A DNA stretch of 64,000 nt from contig CAWCXJ010000012.1 in NCBI GenBank assembly GCA_963799485.1, forward strand, positions 32,001 to 96,000. Direction: 5' to 3'. Under the pieces are notes generated by a model, which saw only the letters and a program-made list of their open reading frames with translations, did not search any database and was not told the origin of the DNA. Positions 52,092-61,912 of the stretch are shown here, piece after piece. How positions within the stretch are numbered: position 1 is the stretch's first letter; each line of letters begins with the position of its first letter. Source of the stretch: an uncultured Trueperaceae bacterium. GTDB taxonomy: Bacteria; Deinococcota; Deinococci; Deinococcales; Trueperaceae. The position numbers and the translations under genes are program-made.

Positions 52092-53324
52092 TTACGCCCG
52101 TTCGGTTTCCCCGTCGTCGGCTTCTTTAGGCGCGTCTTCCGAGCTTTCGAGTACAGCTTCGGACGCGGCTTCCGGAACATCGGGAGCGGCGCTGAAGAGC
52201 GCTTCGAAGGCGGCGCGTTTGGCGTCGTCGGTACCTAAAGACGGCTCAGAAGTTCTCGAGGCCACGGCCTGAAGCGCGGCGTCAAGGTCAGACACGTGCT
52301 CAGACGCGACCAGGTCGATCTTGAAACCGGTCAGTTTGGCAGCCAAACGGACGTTTTGTCCGCCTTTGCCAATCGCCAGCGAGAGCTGGTCATTACCCAC
52401 ATTGACCTTCGCCTCACCGGTTTCGCTGTTCACGTCGATATTGCCGACCTTGGCAGGGGAGAGGGCGTTGCGGATAAATTCGCGCGGGCTCGGGTCCCAC
52501 AAGATGATATCGACGCGTTCACGCTGCAACTCGCCGGTCACAGCCTGAATCCGCGCGCCCCGGTGCCCGATACACGCGCCGATCGGGTCGACGTTGGTGT
52601 TGCGGCTGATCACTGCGACTTTCGAGCGTTGTCCGGCTTCACGGGCGACGGCTTTAAGCTCGACGGTATCGTCGGCGACTTCGGGAATCTCCTGACGCAT
52701 CAGGTACTCTAAAAGCTCGGGCGCAGCGCGGGAGACCAAAATGCTCGGCCCCCGGCTGCCGAGTTCGACCTTCATGACAAACACTTTAAGGCGCATCCCG
52801 ACCATGTACCGCTCGCCCTGAATCTGCTCTTTGGGCGGCATGATGGCCTCGCCTCGGCCCAGGTCGACGAACACGTTACGTTTGTTGTCGGTTCTCGAGA
52901 CCACGGCGGTGATGATGTCGCCGGCGCGGTCTTTGTACTCGTTGAAGACGACGGCGCGCTCGGCCTCGCGGATTTTTTGGGTGATGACCTGCTTGGTCGT
53001 TTGCACCGCGATACGGGTGAACCTCTCGGGATCGACCGGAAACTCCATCTCCATGCCGACTTCGACGGTGGGGTCTAGCTCGAGCGCCTCGGCGAGCAAA
53101 ATCTCCTGCTCGGGCTCCTCGATCTCTTCGACCACGCGCCGAATCACGATCACGTCGATCTCGCCGGAATCGGGGTCGACTTGCACCTCGATGAGTTTGC
53201 CCGGTTCGACGTTGCGCTCATACGCCTGCTCCAATGCCTCTTCAAAGCTCGTTAAGAGCTGTTCCTTGTCGATGTTGCGCTCGGTGGCTAACTGCCCGAG
53301 CGCGTCGATAAAATCCTTGTTCAT
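52092..53324 (-). CDS. nusA: Transcription elongation factor NusA
   Basis: RIAVQTTKQVI, AREAGQRSKVAV, DPIGACIG, AIGKGGQNVRLA. Confidence 0.97.
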   Translation of the reverse strand: MNKDFIDALGQLATERNIDKEQLLTSFEEALEQAYERNVEPGKLIEVQVDPDSGEIDVIVIRRVVEEIEEPEQEILLAEALELDPTVEVGMEMEFPVDPERFTRIAVQTTKQVITQKIREAERAVVFNEYKDRAGDIITAVVSRTDNKRNVFVDLGRGEAIMPPKEQIQGERYMVGMRLKVFVMKVELGSRGPSILVSRAAPELLEYLMRQEIPEVADDTVELKAVAREAGQRSKVAVISRNTNVDPIGACIGHRGARIQAVTGELQRERVDIILWDPSPREFIRNALSPAKVGNIDVNSETGEAKVNVGNDQLSLAIGKGGQNVRLAAKLTGFKIDLVASEHVSDLDAALQAVASRTSEPSLGTDDAKRAAFEALFSAAPDVPEAASEAVLESSEDAPKEADDGETERA

Positions 53325-53337
53325 CCTTGTCTCCTCA

Positions 53338-53784
53338 TTAGCGGGGGGTATCGGGCCACTCGGCGAGCCGCGCCTGCATGTCCTCTAGAGCCAGCGTCCG
53401 CGTTTGGCCTTTGAGGTCGAACGTTACGCTGCTCTCACCGACCTCTTTTACGCGACCGGTAAAGGTTTCACCGTGCGCGCTGACCTTGGCGAGCAGCCCC
53501 GCAAAGCGCCGAAAGTGCTCGGCGGTCTTTAGGGGGCGTGCCGGGCCCGGCGATTCGACCTCGAGGTTGTACTCGTTCTCGAAAGGGTCTAGCCGGTCGA
53601 GCTCGAGGCTGAACACGCCGGTCGCCGTCTCCACGTCCTGCATCGTCACCACTGCGCCGTCAAGCCGGTCAACCCGTAACAAGACGTTTCTCTTTTTGCC
53701 CTTGCCGCTGACGACCAGCTCCAAGACCTCATAACCGAGCGGCCCCAGCACCTCTTGTGCAGCTTCCGCCAACTCCACACGCAC
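53338..53784 (-). CDS. rimP: Ribosome maturation factor RimP
   Basis: LDRLDP..YNLEVESPGPARPL; operon context. Confidence 0.93.
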   Translation of the reverse strand: MRVELAEAAQEVLGPLGYEVLELVVSGKGKKRNVLLRVDRLDGAVVTMQDVETATGVFSLELDRLDPFENEYNLEVESPGPARPLKTAEHFRRFAGLLAKVSAHGETFTGRVKEVGESSVTFDLKGQTRTLALEDMQARLAEWPDTPR

Positions 53785-53841
53785 CTCCCGACACCACTAC
53801 CTTTGCTGCCGTATCCATAAAACCTGTGCCCGGTTGCCAAC

Positions 53842-53867
53842 AAAAAAGGATGGGCCTCGGCCCACCC
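53842..53867 (-). terminator. rimP-leader attenuator hairpin
   Basis: GGGTGGGCCGAGGCCCATCC-TTTTTT in the 5' leader of rimP-nusA, downstream of a TACACT -10. Confidence 0.7.
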
Positions 53868-54138
53868 TCGAAAAAAGGCAGTCGGGATACTTCTCCAAAC
53901 CCTAGTGTACAGCGCTTCCCTGCCTTTTTACAAGGTAGTACACTACGCACCGCTTATACCGGTCGCTAAAGGCCGTCAAATGGGCGCGACCTCGAGCGTG
54001 GTTTTTTGCATCAACGCCGGCAGGCGTACGCGCGCGCAGTAACAAAGCCGCGAGCTGTGCCGAGCGACTCAGCTTGTCTGTTGTCTGTACCAGGCTGTCT
54101 TTTCCCTCCTTCAGCCATGCGCTACACTGGGCGCTACA

Positions 54139-56553
54139 GTGACGAATACAGAGGTAAATTCTGTGGCAGATTCCGTAAAAACCCGGCATAGACGGTTTCG
54201 GTGGTTTATTCCTTTGGGATTACTCGCCACTTTGCTGCTCGCACTACTCGGCGCCTTTGTCTACCTCCGCACGTCGCTGCCTAAAATCAGCGGCACGCTC
54301 ACGCTGCCCGGCCTCAGCGCCCCGGTAGAGATCGTCCGTGACGAGAACGCCGTACCGCACATCTACGCCAAAAGTTCAGAAGATGCGCTCTTTGCCCTCG
54401 GTTTCGTACACGCCCAAGACCGCCTTTTTCAGATGGATTTTCAGCGGCGCGTCGGTGCGGGCCGTCTCTCCGAGGTTTTGGGCGAAGCGACCTTGGAGAC
54501 CGACAAGTTCTTGCGGACTTTAGGCGTTTACCGCTCAGCCAAGCGGACGCTGCCAAACCTCAGTGCTGAGGCGCAGGGGGCGCTAGCAGCGTACAGCGCC
54601 GGAGTCAACGCGTTTTTAGATGAACGCAAGGGTGCGTTGCCGCCTGAGTTTTTGATTTTGGGCTATACGCCCGAACCTTGGCAGAGCGCCGATTCGCTTG
54701 TCTGGCTCAAGATGATGGCGTGGGATTTGGGCGGCAACTGGGATGACGAGCTTTTGCGTGCGCGACTCCTGAAGGTTTTGCCGCCCGAACGTGTTGCCCA
54801 GCTCTGGCCCCCTTATCCCGGAGACGCGCCGCTTATCTTGCCCGATTTTTCTGCGCTCTACCAAAAATTACCCTTAGACAAACTCTGGGCGCAGTCGCCT
54901 AAACCATTGCCACCCGGAGCCGGGTCGAACAACTGGGTCGTAAGTGGTGAGTACAGTGTGACCGGCGCGCCGCTTTTAGCCAACGACCCGCACCTGGCCC
55001 TGCAAACTCCGGCGCTGTGGTATCTGGCGCAGCTGTCGGCACCGGGGCTCGAGGTTTCGGGCGCGACCTTACCCGGACTACCCCTCGTCGTCCTCGGACG
55101 CACAGACCGCATCGCCTGGGGTTTTACCAACACCGGCCCCGACACCCAAGATTTGTTTATCGAACAGCTCGAGCCTCAATCAAACCGCTACAAAACGCCG
55201 ACGGGCTGGGCCGAGCTCAAGACGCGGCAAGAAACGATTCGGGTCAAAGGGCAAGCCGACGTAACTTTGACGGTACGTGAAACCCGCCACGGGCCGCTCA
55301 TCTCGGATGTAAGTGCGGGCGCGGCTGAGGTCGCCGGTTCAGGTTACGCGCTGGCCTTTGCCTGGACTTCGCTGCGTGACGATGATTTGTCTTTGCAGGC
55401 GGGGCTCGAGCTCAACCGCGCGCAAAACTGGGACGACTTTACCGAAGCGCTGCGTAACTTCCACGCGCCGCAACAAAACATCGTTTACGCCGATACAGAC
55501 GGAAATATCGGGATGTACGCGCCTGCGCGCGTGCCTATCCGCAAAAACGGTGACGGCCTGGTACCCGTTCCGGGTTGGACGGGTGAATACGACTGGACGG
55601 GATTTATCCCCTTTGAAGCGTTGCCGCACGTCTACAACCCACCCTCGGGCCAGATCGTAACGGCAAACAACAAGCTCGTGCCGGACAGCTACCCGTACTT
55701 TTTGACCTCAGACTGGGCCGAACCGTACCGCGCCGAGCGCATCACGGCGCTGTTAGCCGCCCAGAAGAAGCATTCACTCGGTTCGTTTGGTGATATTCAA
55801 GCCGACCAGCTTTCAGGTATGGTGGGCGATTTTTTGCCCTTTTTGCTAAGCGTTCGAGCCGAGGGTGCCGAAGCGCAGACACTGCAAGCGCGACTCGCTG
55901 TGTGGGGCGGGGTGATGGCAGCAGGCGTGCCCGAGCCGCTTATCTTCAGCACTTGGTACCGGGCGTTTACCCGGCTCGTTTTGGAAGATGATTTGGGAAC
56001 GATGTTTGAAGACGCCTGGGGGTTTAGGCCTGTCTTTTTTCGTAACGTCATTCAGAAACAGACGCAGTGGTGCGACAATGTGGAGACGCCCCAAACCGAA
56101 ACCTGTGAACTTCTAGCAGCCACCGCACTTCGGCAGTCTGCCCAGGAACTCTACGAGCTCTACGGCGAAGACCCGGAAAGCTGGCGTTGGGGTAATGTTC
56201 ACTACGCCGACCACGACCACCTCATCTTCGGTGAGACACCACTAGGACGTTTCTTTAACCTGCGTGCCCCCAACGGGGGAGACGCTTTTACGGTCAACGC
56301 GGCGCGTTACGCCATTGACGGTGAGGGTGCAGCGCAGACTTCCGGGCCGGGACTCCGGGCAGTGTACGACCTCTCGGATTTGGAGCGTTCGCGGTTTATG
56401 CAACCGACGGGTCAGTCGGGGAACGTTTTGTCGTCGCACTACCGCGACTTTCTAAACCGCTGGGTGAACGTCGAGTATCTGCCAATCTTTACGGATAGAG
56501 AGCAGGTTGAAGCGAACGCTACGGGAACGCTTACACTAGCTCCGGAACGTTAA
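54139..56553 (+). CDS. Penicillin acylase family Ntn-hydrolase
   Basis: N-terminal TM, VPHIYA, HAQDRLFQM, GSNNWVV (N-terminal Ser nucleophile), LLANDPHL, GQSG. Confidence 0.94.
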   Translation: MTNTEVNSVADSVKTRHRRFRWFIPLGLLATLLLALLGAFVYLRTSLPKISGTLTLPGLSAPVEIVRDENAVPHIYAKSSEDALFALGFVHAQDRLFQMDFQRRVGAGRLSEVLGEATLETDKFLRTLGVYRSAKRTLPNLSAEAQGALAAYSAGVNAFLDERKGALPPEFLILGYTPEPWQSADSLVWLKMMAWDLGGNWDDELLRARLLKVLPPERVAQLWPPYPGDAPLILPDFSALYQKLPLDKLWAQSPKPLPPGAGSNNWVVSGEYSVTGAPLLANDPHLALQTPALWYLAQLSAPGLEVSGATLPGLPLVVLGRTDRIAWGFTNTGPDTQDLFIEQLEPQSNRYKTPTGWAELKTRQETIRVKGQADVTLTVRETRHGPLISDVSAGAAEVAGSGYALAFAWTSLRDDDLSLQAGLELNRAQNWDDFTEALRNFHAPQQNIVYADTDGNIGMYAPARVPIRKNGDGLVPVPGWTGEYDWTGFIPFEALPHVYNPPSGQIVTANNKLVPDSYPYFLTSDWAEPYRAERITALLAAQKKHSLGSFGDIQADQLSGMVGDFLPFLLSVRAEGAEAQTLQARLAVWGGVMAAGVPEPLIFSTWYRAFTRLVLEDDLGTMFEDAWGFRPVFFRNVIQKQTQWCDNVETPQTETCELLAATALRQSAQELYELYGEDPESWRWGNVHYADHDHLIFGETPLGRFFNLRAPNGGDAFTVNAARYAIDGEGAAQTSGPGLRAVYDLSDLERSRFMQPTGQSGNVLSSHYRDFLNRWVNVEYLPIFTDREQVEANATGTLTLAPER

Positions 56554-56555
56554 AC

Positions 56556-57119
56556 TCAGGCGTCTGAAGGTGGCAACTGCCAGTCCGTAAAATCCGCCCA
56601 CGCAAACGCTCCCGCCATCAGCACGTCAAATACCGGGTCTTTGATGTCGTAATACGCCTCAGCATCATCCGGAAAATAACGCGCGAGTTGCGCTTTGACT
56701 TCAGCGTAGGCGTCTCTGGCAAGCGGCTGTGACCGTAAAAAGTCGCGGCAGAGGAGCGCGTAACGCTGGTTAAAGCGGCCTACGGCGCGAATGTGGAGAT
56801 GGATGGGCCGTTCTGAGCGCTGGAAATAAAGCTTCTCGAGCTCTCCGGGTGCAAGCGTCATACCGGGCGGCAGATGATCTCTGCGGATATCATCGCGGAA
56901 GGTAAAACCAGCGTTCTCTAAAGGGCGTTTTAACGGAACATCAAGGTCGGCGACCGTCACCTGAATATCGATCACGTCTTTGGCGGCTAGACCCGGCACA
57001 CTCGTCGAACCGATATGGTGAACCGCTAGCGCCGTATTCCCCAGCGCTACGCGCACTTCTGCGCCGATTGCCGTAAATTCGGCGGGCCAAGCGGTTTTAT
57101 ACCGGATGATGCGAATCAT
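56556..57119 (-). CDS. GrpB family protein
   Basis: HIGSTSVPGLAAKDVIDIQV, RDFLR..AYAEVK. Confidence 0.9.
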   Translation of the reverse strand: MIRIIRYKTAWPAEFTAIGAEVRVALGNTALAVHHIGSTSVPGLAAKDVIDIQVTVADLDVPLKRPLENAGFTFRDDIRRDHLPPGMTLAPGELEKLYFQRSERPIHLHIRAVGRFNQRYALLCRDFLRSQPLARDAYAEVKAQLARYFPDDAEAYYDIKDPVFDVLMAGAFAWADFTDWQLPPSDA

Positions 57120-57135
57120 CGGCTCGAGCGGCGCG

Positions 57136-57477
57136 TCAACTTACTGTGGCTAGCTTTACAAACGCCTCGACTGCCTCCGTTTGAATCTCCGAGCGGTACA
57201 AGCTCTGAATAACTTCGCCGTTTCGGATAATCAGCAGCTGCGGTGAGGCGTGCTCAGCACCGAAGCGTTCGGCGACGGCAGCTGAAATATCTCTGGCGTA
57301 CTGCACCGTCAGCGCAAAACGGGGAATCCCCTCGATTGCGACAAACTGCTCTTGGGCGCGGGCGCTAAACGGGCAGGTCAGGCTGTGTTTGAACAGCAGC
57401 ACCGGTTCTTTTTGGGACGCTTCGGCAACGGTTTCTAGATCGTCTACGGATTCGAGGATTTCAATTTGGGGTGTCAT
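57136..57477 (-). CDS. YtxJ/BrxC-like monothiol bacilliredoxin
   Basis: LFKHSLTCPFS and HASPQ motifs. Confidence 0.85.
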   Translation of the reverse strand: MTPQIEILESVDDLETVAEASQKEPVLLFKHSLTCPFSARAQEQFVAIEGIPRFALTVQYARDISAAVAERFGAEHASPQLLIIRNGEVIQSLYRSEIQTEAVEAFVKLATVS

Positions 57478-57545
57478 ACCCTACGATAGCTTTCAGGCGC
57501 TGCCTGCATTTGGGCGCGGCGCACCCTGCGGGGTATGCTTTGGGC

Positions 57546-58568
57546 GTGCGCTTAAGACTCGATCCCTGGGCGGTTGAATATAACACCGCTTATCACGCAG
57601 AAACCGCCGGTGACGGGCGCGCAGACGTCGATACGAGCGTCGAAGGGCTGTGGCAACGCCGTAAACCTGAACATGCCGAGACCTTTTGGGACGACCTCTA
57701 CTTTTTAGACGGCAGCCGCCGGATTGAAGCAAGGGTGCTTTTGGAGCAAGACGCCGCGCAGGTGGCGTTCGGGGTGCTCGGCACTTACGGCGTCGGGGTC
57801 GTGTCTTGTTGCGCCAAACGGAGCCGCCAGGCGAGCTTTTTACACAGAAACGAACACGGCGAGGAGACGATGCTGATTCGCCGGGTGTGCGCCTTAAGCA
57901 GTGGACACAGCACCCCGGACTTTGTGATGGCGAAAACGCGCTCACGGTTAGGCGCACTTCACTATGAAGTCGTCGGTACGGCGGAGCGCGACCCGGACGC
58001 GGTGGTGCGGCGGCTCCAAACCGAGATGCTGGACGCGGAAAAACGCTTGGCCTCGAGACTCATCGCCCAAAATCCGGAAACGCTTATCATTTGCGACGGC
58101 CCCCGACCCTTTTTGGGCGGCGAGAAAAACGTCATCGGCTACCTCAAAACGATTTACGAACCCAAGATTTCAGAAGCCGAGCTGAACGTGGTGCGGGGAC
58201 TCGAGCAGGGCGAGCGCTCACCGCTCTATTTGGTACGGACCAGGGACGCTGACAACAGCTATTTCGAGTGGTTTCTACGGCTGCGCGACCCGCGCCCGTG
58301 GCTCTACAGCCTCGCGGGGATGGTGCGGCTGCAAGCATATGCCGGGCCGAACTGGCGTGAGAGACTCGAGTGGACAGCCAACCTCGCCGACTGGAGCTGC
58401 CTCAACCTGCCCGAGTTTGCCAGCCGTCAACACCAAGACCCGCGTGCGCCGCAGCAGCTTTTACCGATTCGGGCGCTGGAAGGTGAACTCTCTCGCCGGA
58501 TGGGCAACGCGCAAATTGTGCGCCGCCGGGTGATGCAGCATTTGGCGAGTTTGGAGGACGCGGCTTAA
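57546..58568 (+). CDS. nurA: NurA family DNA double-strand-break repair nuclease
   Basis: RLDPW N-terminus, FLDGSRR, CDGP, IGYLK, DPRAPQQLLPI; coupled to herA; TATGCT -10 six nt before GTG. Confidence 0.85.
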   Translation: MRLRLDPWAVEYNTAYHAETAGDGRADVDTSVEGLWQRRKPEHAETFWDDLYFLDGSRRIEARVLLEQDAAQVAFGVLGTYGVGVVSCCAKRSRQASFLHRNEHGEETMLIRRVCALSSGHSTPDFVMAKTRSRLGALHYEVVGTAERDPDAVVRRLQTEMLDAEKRLASRLIAQNPETLIICDGPRPFLGGEKNVIGYLKTIYEPKISEAELNVVRGLEQGERSPLYLVRTRDADNSYFEWFLRLRDPRPWLYSLAGMVRLQAYAGPNWRERLEWTANLADWSCLNLPEFASRQHQDPRAPQQLLPIRALEGELSRRMGNAQIVRRRVMQHLASLEDAA

Positions 58569-60460
58569 TGGCAAACATCATCAAGTTCAGCGACCTGCCT
58601 ATCGGGATGGTCTTGGGCACTGAAGACGCAACGCCCTTGCAGTTCTGGTTCGGTGTGCTGGACGGGTGCAAAGTTCAGCTCGACGACCTGATCGCCGTTG
58701 AGGTTGAAGACCCGAGCGGCAGCGGTGAAAAGGTCAACTTTTACGGCGTGGTGGACGAGGTGCGCCGCCGCTTTGAGGGCGTGCAGTTCGACGGCGATAC
58801 CGAGCTGGTCAGCAGCGGTCTGATGCCCGCCAACATCGCCTACGCCGCACACGTCCTCGTAACCCGCGTTGAACCCGAAGATTACATCCCGCCGACTCCG
58901 GGCGATTCGGTCAGGCTGGCGACGGGGGAGGCGTTGGAAAAAGCCCTCTACCTCGACAGCATGGACGCGCCGCTCCCCGCAGGCGTGCTCCGTAACGGCG
59001 AACCGGGGTTTATCAACTTCGACTTTATCAGCGGGCAAAAGGGTGCCCACGTCAATATCTCGGGGATTTCCGGGATTGCGACCAAGACCTCGTACGCGCT
59101 CTTTTTGCTCTACAGCATCTTTAACGCGCAAAACCGTAAACGCGACACGCCGACGAGCCTGTTAAGCAACGTCAACGCGAGTAAAGCGGTGATTTTTAAC
59201 GTCAAAGGCGAAGACTTACTGTTTTTGGACAAGGCCAACAAGGATTTTGCTGAGCAAGAGGGCAAGTGGCAAGCCAAACGCCGCAGCGACCGCACCCGCT
59301 ACGAGATTTTGGATTTGCCTGCCAAACCGTTTGAAAGCGTCGGGCTGCACGCGCCTGCACTCGAGGGTAGCGGTGTCATGGCTTCCGCACAGGGGCGCGG
59401 CGGCGTGTCGCCATACTTGTGGACACTGCGTGATTTTGCCAGGGAGCGGATGCTGCCTTTTGTCCTAGCCGATAAAGACGCGATGACGAACTTGGGCTTT
59501 CTGGTGTCGCACCTTGAAGAACGCCTTTTTAAGCTCGCTGAAAAACAGCGCGGGCCACACCTCGAGACTGAAGACGGCGACTCGGACTTTGCGCTGGAAC
59601 GCGATATAGACGCACGGGGCCGCGTCAGGATGGCAGCGGACGAGGCGATCTCGGCTGAGCGTTTAGGCAGCGGTTTGGGCGTGCGGCTCACGAAGTTCGA
59701 CGATTTGGTGGAGTACCTCGAGTACAAACTCTTAAAAAAGAATGCGGGTGAAGACGACGGCGCGGGCGGCAGCAACAAAGGCGGCGACTCACGCTGGACG
59801 GCGAATCAAGCCAAAGCAACCCGTGAAGCGCTCATCCGGCGTTTACGGGGCGCGTCCAAACATTTACGGGCACTCGTTCGCGGCGACCTCTCGGCGGGGG
59901 AGGTGAAGAGGTCACGGCTCGAGCTGCTCGACAGTTCCGAACAGGTTCACGTCGTAGACATTCACACCCTCGCACCCCTAGCCCAGATGTTCGTCGTCGG
60001 CGTGCTTTTGCGGGGCGTTTTTGAAGCGCAAGAAGGCCGCAACAGCCGAGGTCAAATCTTCGTCGTTTTAGACGAGCTGAACAAATATGCGCCCGCCGAA
60101 GGGGACGGTCCTATCAAAGATGTGCTCTTGGACATTGCCGAACGTGGGCGGAGTCTGGGTATCATCCTGATTGGGGCGCAGCAGACCGCCAGCGAAGTCG
60201 AGCGCCGCGTGGTGAGTAACGCGGCGGTACGGATTGTCGGGCGCTTGGACGCTGCCGAAAGCGAAAGGGCCGAATACCGGTTTATGCCGCGCAGCTTTTT
60301 GGGCCGCGCCACCATTCTGGCTCCCGGAACGATGATTGTCCATCAGCCCGATGTGCCGCAACCGATGATGCTGAACTTTCCCTTTCCGGCGTGGGCGACG
60401 CGGCGTAAGGAGATGGATGAGACGGTGACGGATGATGAGGCGCTGGATGTGCTGAATTAA
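58568..60460 (+). CDS. herA: HerA family ATPase
   Basis: HAS barrel N-terminus, GISGIATKT Walker A, VLDELNKYAP Walker B, RGRSLG, GAQQ. Confidence 0.9.
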   Translation: MANIIKFSDLPIGMVLGTEDATPLQFWFGVLDGCKVQLDDLIAVEVEDPSGSGEKVNFYGVVDEVRRRFEGVQFDGDTELVSSGLMPANIAYAAHVLVTRVEPEDYIPPTPGDSVRLATGEALEKALYLDSMDAPLPAGVLRNGEPGFINFDFISGQKGAHVNISGISGIATKTSYALFLLYSIFNAQNRKRDTPTSLLSNVNASKAVIFNVKGEDLLFLDKANKDFAEQEGKWQAKRRSDRTRYEILDLPAKPFESVGLHAPALEGSGVMASAQGRGGVSPYLWTLRDFARERMLPFVLADKDAMTNLGFLVSHLEERLFKLAEKQRGPHLETEDGDSDFALERDIDARGRVRMAADEAISAERLGSGLGVRLTKFDDLVEYLEYKLLKKNAGEDDGAGGSNKGGDSRWTANQAKATREALIRRLRGASKHLRALVRGDLSAGEVKRSRLELLDSSEQVHVVDIHTLAPLAQMFVVGVLLRGVFEAQEGRNSRGQIFVVLDELNKYAPAEGDGPIKDVLLDIAERGRSLGIILIGAQQTASEVERRVVSNAAVRIVGRLDAAESERAEYRFMPRSFLGRATILAPGTMIVHQPDVPQPMMLNFPFPAWATRRKEMDETVTDDEALDVLN

Positions 60461-60512
60461 GTTTTGAAGCTGCACACGTACAAGTTCAAACTTTTGAAGG
60501 TAAACTTTTTGT

Positions 60513-61274
60513 GTGTATATCATGTACGTTGACGAGAGCGGTGACATCGGACTTGATAATTCGCCTAGTCGGTTTTTTATCCTTACAGGTCTAGTTGTGC
60601 ATGAATTACGGTGGCAAGCTAATCTTGACCAAATTGTTGGTTTCAGGCGTCGTATGCGAATTGTGTATGGGTTGAAGCTACGTGAGGAATTACATGCTTC
60701 TCACTTCATCAATAAACCGGGTGATTTGAGGCGTATCAAACGTAATGAGCGTTTGGGTATTATCCGAGCATTAGCTACAGAATTGTCAACGATGCAAGAT
60801 ATAAACCTTATAAATGTAGTTGTAGATAAACAAGGAAAGCCACCAGACTTTGATGTGTTTGGCAAGGCTTGGCAAGCGCTTATTCAGCGCTTTGAAAATA
60901 CGATACGAAACGGTAACTTTCCGGGACCCGCAAACCCCGCAGAGAAAGGGTTAATCTTTCCAGACAGGACAGACGACAAAAAGCTTAGACTGCTGTTGAG
61001 AAAAATGCGGCACTATAACCCTATTCCTTCAAAGTTTGGTTATGGTGGTTATCGTCAAATGCCCTTAAGCCATATCGTCGAAGACCCGAACTTCAAGGAT
61101 TCGCGTGACTCCTACTTTATTCAAGCGGTTGACTTGGCTGCCTACCTTCTTCAACAACAACTTGCGCCAAACAGTTATATGAAAAAGGTAGGCGGGCAAA
61201 ACTACTTCTCGCGTCTTGACCCCGTTTTGTGCAAAGTAGCAGGTTCAGCTCCTTACGGTATCGTCCGCATCTGA
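60513..61274 (+). CDS. DUF3800 domain protein (RNase H-like fold, acidic catalytic-type residues)
   Basis: YVDESG, EELH, FPD, IQAVDLAAY (QxxD) motifs; visibly AT-richer than flanking genes. Confidence 0.85.
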   Translation: MYIMYVDESGDIGLDNSPSRFFILTGLVVHELRWQANLDQIVGFRRRMRIVYGLKLREELHASHFINKPGDLRRIKRNERLGIIRALATELSTMQDINLINVVVDKQGKPPDFDVFGKAWQALIQRFENTIRNGNFPGPANPAEKGLIFPDRTDDKKLRLLLRKMRHYNPIPSKFGYGGYRQMPLSHIVEDPNFKDSRDSYFIQAVDLAAYLLQQQLAPNSYMKKVGGQNYFSRLDPVLCKVAGSAPYGIVRI

Positions 61275-61276
61275 CT

Positions 61277-61341
61277 AAAGGGGGGAGCCGTAGCTCCCCG
61301 GGTGGGTCCTAGTCTTGGGTCTAGCCCAGTTTCAGACCCAT
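61277..61341 (-). ncRNA. Putative small structured RNA convergent with the DUF3800 gene
   Basis: TATAGT -10 (61353-61348); nested stems UGGGUC/GACCCA and UGGG/CCCA; 3' GGGGAGC-UACG-GCUCCCC hairpin then CCUUU. Confidence 0.55.
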
Positions 61342-61465
61342 ACACACACTATACAACTAAAAACAGATACGGCATGTGGTACACTGTAAGCTTTTTTGAA
61401 ATTTCCGGTTTATTGAGCACTGTGCTGTCTAATCCGTAAACCTCGCTGTGCTAGATTTAGTACAG

Positions 61466-61699
61466 ATGAAACGCGAAGAGGTCTACCGCTCTGACCCTGA
61501 AACTTTGGGGGGCACGCCCGTATTTGTGGGTACGCGTGTTCCGGTACAGACGCTGCTCGATTACCTCGCGGGCGGCGATACCTTAGACGAGTTTTTAGAC
61601 GGTTTTCCCGGTGTAAGCTGTGAGCAGGCAGTGGGGTTTCTCGAGCCTGTCTACAAACCGATGTGTCGATGTCAAACCCGGACTTTTCTCGTACTTTAG
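61466..61699 (+). pseudogene. DUF433 antitoxin-like gene with degenerate C-terminus
   Basis: DPETLGGTPVFVGTRVPV..LLDYL..G.TLDEFLDGFP motif; no downstream PIN toxin found. Confidence 0.7.
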
Positions 61700-61912
61700 G
61701 TAGTGTTTGCCCAACGTTTGATCTGGCGACGCCCACGGCGGTTCTCGCGCCAAAACGCCAGAAATGCACCCAGAAAAACTGTACCGAGTTGCAAGAAGAG
61801 CTCAAAAACGTTCACCCCTCGACAGCTCGAGTAACCCACCACAAAACCTAGCGCTTTTGATGTGCTATACTACTCGTCCCTCACCGATAAACCGTCGGCC
61901 AGGGGCATGTCT

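Noticed and set aside
57546..61274. herA followed by a nuclease-fold gene as a HerA-type anti-phage system (SIR2-HerA, DUF4297-HerA)
   Set aside because: This HerA is translationally coupled to nurA and has host-like GC, matching the housekeeping Deinococcota NurA-HerA pair. The DUF3800 gene has different composition and looks independently inserted.
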